A DNA stretch of 63,924 bases, filler included, from Asterionella formosa (taxonomy: Eukaryota): assembly GCA_002256025.1 (NCBI GenBank). It is 13 parts of 13 records of this genome, joined end to end, with 100 filler letters (N's around TTAATTAATTAA, not from the genome) between each part and the next. Parts side by side here need not be neighbours in the genome. Positions count along the whole stretch, not along the records: positions 59,111 to 63,924 come from NKIB01013344.1; 12 more parts are not named here. One strand, 5' to 3'. Each line of letters opens with the position of its first letter. Positions within the stretch are counted from its first letter, which is position 1. Positions 61,258-63,924 of the stretch are shown here, in pieces. Under the pieces are notes generated by a model. The model searched no databases. It was not told where the DNA came from and saw nothing but the letters and a program-made list of their open reading frames with translations. The translations under genes and the position numbers were made by a program.

Positions 61258-61565
61258 TAAAGTAAGATCAAACGAGCTAAAAGTTGTTACCTGTGTTCTT
61301 ATTTATTGGTAATCATATCTAACCAGAAAGTATGATCTGTAATTTTTTAGTTGTAAGATATATTCATGTTGAAAGTAAGATCAAAAAAGCTAAAAATTGT
61401 TTTCTGTGATCTTATTTATTGGCAATCATATCTAACCAAAGTATGATCTGTATTCTTTTAGTAGTAAGATGTATTCATGTTAAAAGTAAGATCAAAAAAG
61501 CTAAAAATTGTTTTCTGTGATCTTATTTATTGGCAATCATTTCTAACCAGGAGGTATGATCTGTA
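61258..61565. repeat. Tandem ~112-bp repeat, about 3 copies
   Basis: AAAGTAAGATCAAA..GCTAAAA..CTTATTTATTGG..GTATGATCTGTA occurs three times. Confidence 0.9.
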
Positions 61566-61599
61566 AATCATAAAGATTGATTCGAGCAATTCATCTACT

Positions 61600-63148
61600 G
61601 GTTAATATTTTATGATTTGTACCATATGAAATTTCTTGTATGACTCCCGCTAATTGAAGGGCTTAATCAAATTACTTACTTGTAGGTACAAGAATTGATG
61701 CGGAAAAATTCAAAGACAGTACATCAGGTCGTGGAAAGCAATGATATCCTCATGCATTGTATATATTTGAATTATTTATAAGCTTAATTGATGATAGTAT
61801 AAACATTATGTCTATATATTTATATGTTTTAACATTTTTATAAATGTATATATAGCCTATACATTTGAAATCATGTTTAGAGGTTCCTTGTTATGCCTAC
61901 CGGTACCACATGATCCTGAAATGAAAGATAATCTCTGCCCTGTGACAAGCAAGGAAAACTGAAAGAACGACGCTTCAACGCACACAATGATGATAAACCT
62001 TGCGGCTTAGAAGCAAGGATTGAAAATGGAAGAGTGAATGGAATCTAGCTATGGTATGTCAAGATTACATGCCAAGGTGATCAATTGTTGGGTTCACAAA
62101 GACAAAATGATTGCCTTTTTCCCTAGCAAATCAAAAGCACATTTTGCATTCAGCGGGACACCACCAATGTCGACCAAAAACTTGTAAATGCTCCTGTTGA
62201 ATCAATGAGCCACTGTTAGAACATCACTGACACATGTTTGTTTTCAATCTTTCAGGATAATTTTAATCAAAGAGTTTTGTTGTAAGTTATAATGACATTG
62301 GTGGAATGGTTTGTTGATTTGTACTTATGTGATCATTGACTGACACATTATTTTACTGAATTATGCGATAAGTTCATCGATTTCTGGTAAGTGGAGCATG
62401 CTAAGAAAATGGGACTGCAGTGTTGAGATATAAACAAAACATGGCTAACGAGCAAGTAATTCCTTCTCATTGTTATTTTAATCAGGAAATCAAAATAGAT
62501 AAAACAGAATCGGATCAAAAGGAAATGGGATTTGCAGCTTGTAGTCAGATGAGTTTCAGAATCTGAGTGAAAGGGAGGTGGGAGGCATGCATCAAGAGAT
62601 TTGCTTGAAGGCAGGAGGCAATTCATCCTCAAGAGCATTGAAGGGAAGCGGGGGAGAGGCAGGCATCCTCAAGAGCATTGAAGGGAAGTGGAAGGCATGT
62701 ATCCTCAAGAGCATTGAAGGGAGTTGGGGAAGACATGCATCCTCACGAGCATTGAAGGGGGCGGGAGGCATGCATCAAGAGCATTGAGACAAGAATAGAA
62801 AAGGGGAACATTGGCTGTTTAACCACACAAAATGTAGAAACATAAAAATGATTTCGTGATATAACAGTAAAATTACAATCCATTTCAACCTATTTTTAAC
62901 AGCTATTTCAATTAGAGTTACCATCAAATAAGGCAGGATAGGTATATGATAAAAGAATATACATCATAGGATAATGTTTTGATAATTATATGGTGGTTTG
63001 ATTATTATGAGTAAGCTTAGCCTGTTCACTGTCATAGTATGCATTTATCATACATCTAACGAAATATGTATCATGCACAGAAAAATTTTGTGCCAGTTAT
63101 CATATGATACCCCTGATCTTATAAGTATGATATTTTTTATTTGCAGAC
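61600..63148. mobile_element. GTCTGC TIR family, diverged copy
   Basis: Similar to 43490-44250 (TGACTCCCG..ACTTGTAGGTA; TGACACATGTTTG..TCTTTCAGGATAAT). Ends TTTTTTATTTGCAGAC. Confidence 0.7.
62575..62790. repeat. Minisatellite, ~35-bp unit containing CATCCTCAAGAGCATTGAAGGG
   Basis: About 5-6 imperfect copies separated by short purine-rich linkers. Confidence 0.85.
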
Positions 63149-63924
63149 GTAGGTTTGAAGGCAATCTGAGAATGTGAATGCCATTGGGACCAAACCTTAT
63201 TTCACTAAGTGACAAAGGGCCAATTCAAAAGGAACTACCAAATAGGCAGCACATTAGTGACTAACATATCGCCTGCAAATCGACAAACTTTTTTTAATTG
63301 CAATCACAGGTCAATTTTTTGGTCCTCACTTAAACAGCTTCCTTCGCCATCTACCATGGTAAATCTCAGAACTGAAAGTCTATCCACTTCACAAACGTTG
63401 AGAATCAGAATGCCACAATTGAATAGAAACGAAACTCCAGAACTTGGACGTGTGTCACAAAACAGAACTCATGAACAAATGACTACTTCGGGCAGCACTC
63501 ACAGTCGACATAATTGACAGAGTTTCAATTCATATGTTGAGAGGGGTTTGTAAATCGAAGAGGAAGGCGTCAATAAAACTGGTTCAAAAGGTCTACATCC
63601 AGAGTGCTTCTCTATTCCCCATCAAAGCCACCAAGTCCTGGAGGAAGGAGAAATAATACAATAGTCTTGGCAACCATTGCGCGTGCAATATTGTGTTAGT
63701 CTACTTGAACATGAACTTGGAATGCGCAGGAGCTTCTATGGGTCATCAAACTTTAGGCACTTATATCTCAAGTCCAAACTGGAAATAACATAACAAAAAT
63801 TGGATGGACTAGAAATGACAGTTGCTGACTAAACAGTGGCCTAACAACAATCACAAAGAAGCTTCCATCAGTGTTTCTTCAAGGGTTCCATCACATCTTT
63901 TTCCAGGGAATTGGGTCATGGTAA

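Noticed and set aside
62575..62790. CRISPR-like repeat/spacer appearance
   Set aside because: The linkers are ~10-14 nt and similar to each other, there are no cas genes, and the context is eukaryotic. It is a minisatellite.

Overview
Eukaryotic DNA, almost certainly from a diatom (the delta-5 desaturase begins MAPDADKLRQR like the Phaeodactylum enzyme, and CoDi-type copia elements are present). The window is a concatenation of 13 unrelated ~4.8 kb contigs joined by 100-nt N/TTAATTAATTAA spacers, so gene order across spacers means nothing. Host genes: delta-5 desaturase, FMC1, SLC12 transporter, mitochondrial intermediate peptidase, an FAH-GSTzeta fusion, DUF179, a sulfotransferase, a histone-fold protein, a dioxygenase-like protein, QCR9 and a Crinkler-type NTPase-nuclease. 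These lie among many transposon remnants (copia, gypsy, DIRS-like, Harbinger, Plavaka, several MITEs). Main findings: (1) a copia family whose PBS position is complementary to its own LTR, suggesting Tf1-like self-priming; (2) a Crinkler-type gene with tandemly amplified, in-frame spliced header exons next to a telomere-repeat/hairpin module; (3) a fused FAH-MAAI enzyme; (4) highly iterated GGTACC/CCWGG/ACCGGT palindromes clustered upstream of genes; (5) an unclassified TIR family ending in GTCTGCAAATAAAA. All protein assignments come from motif recognition by eye, not database searches.
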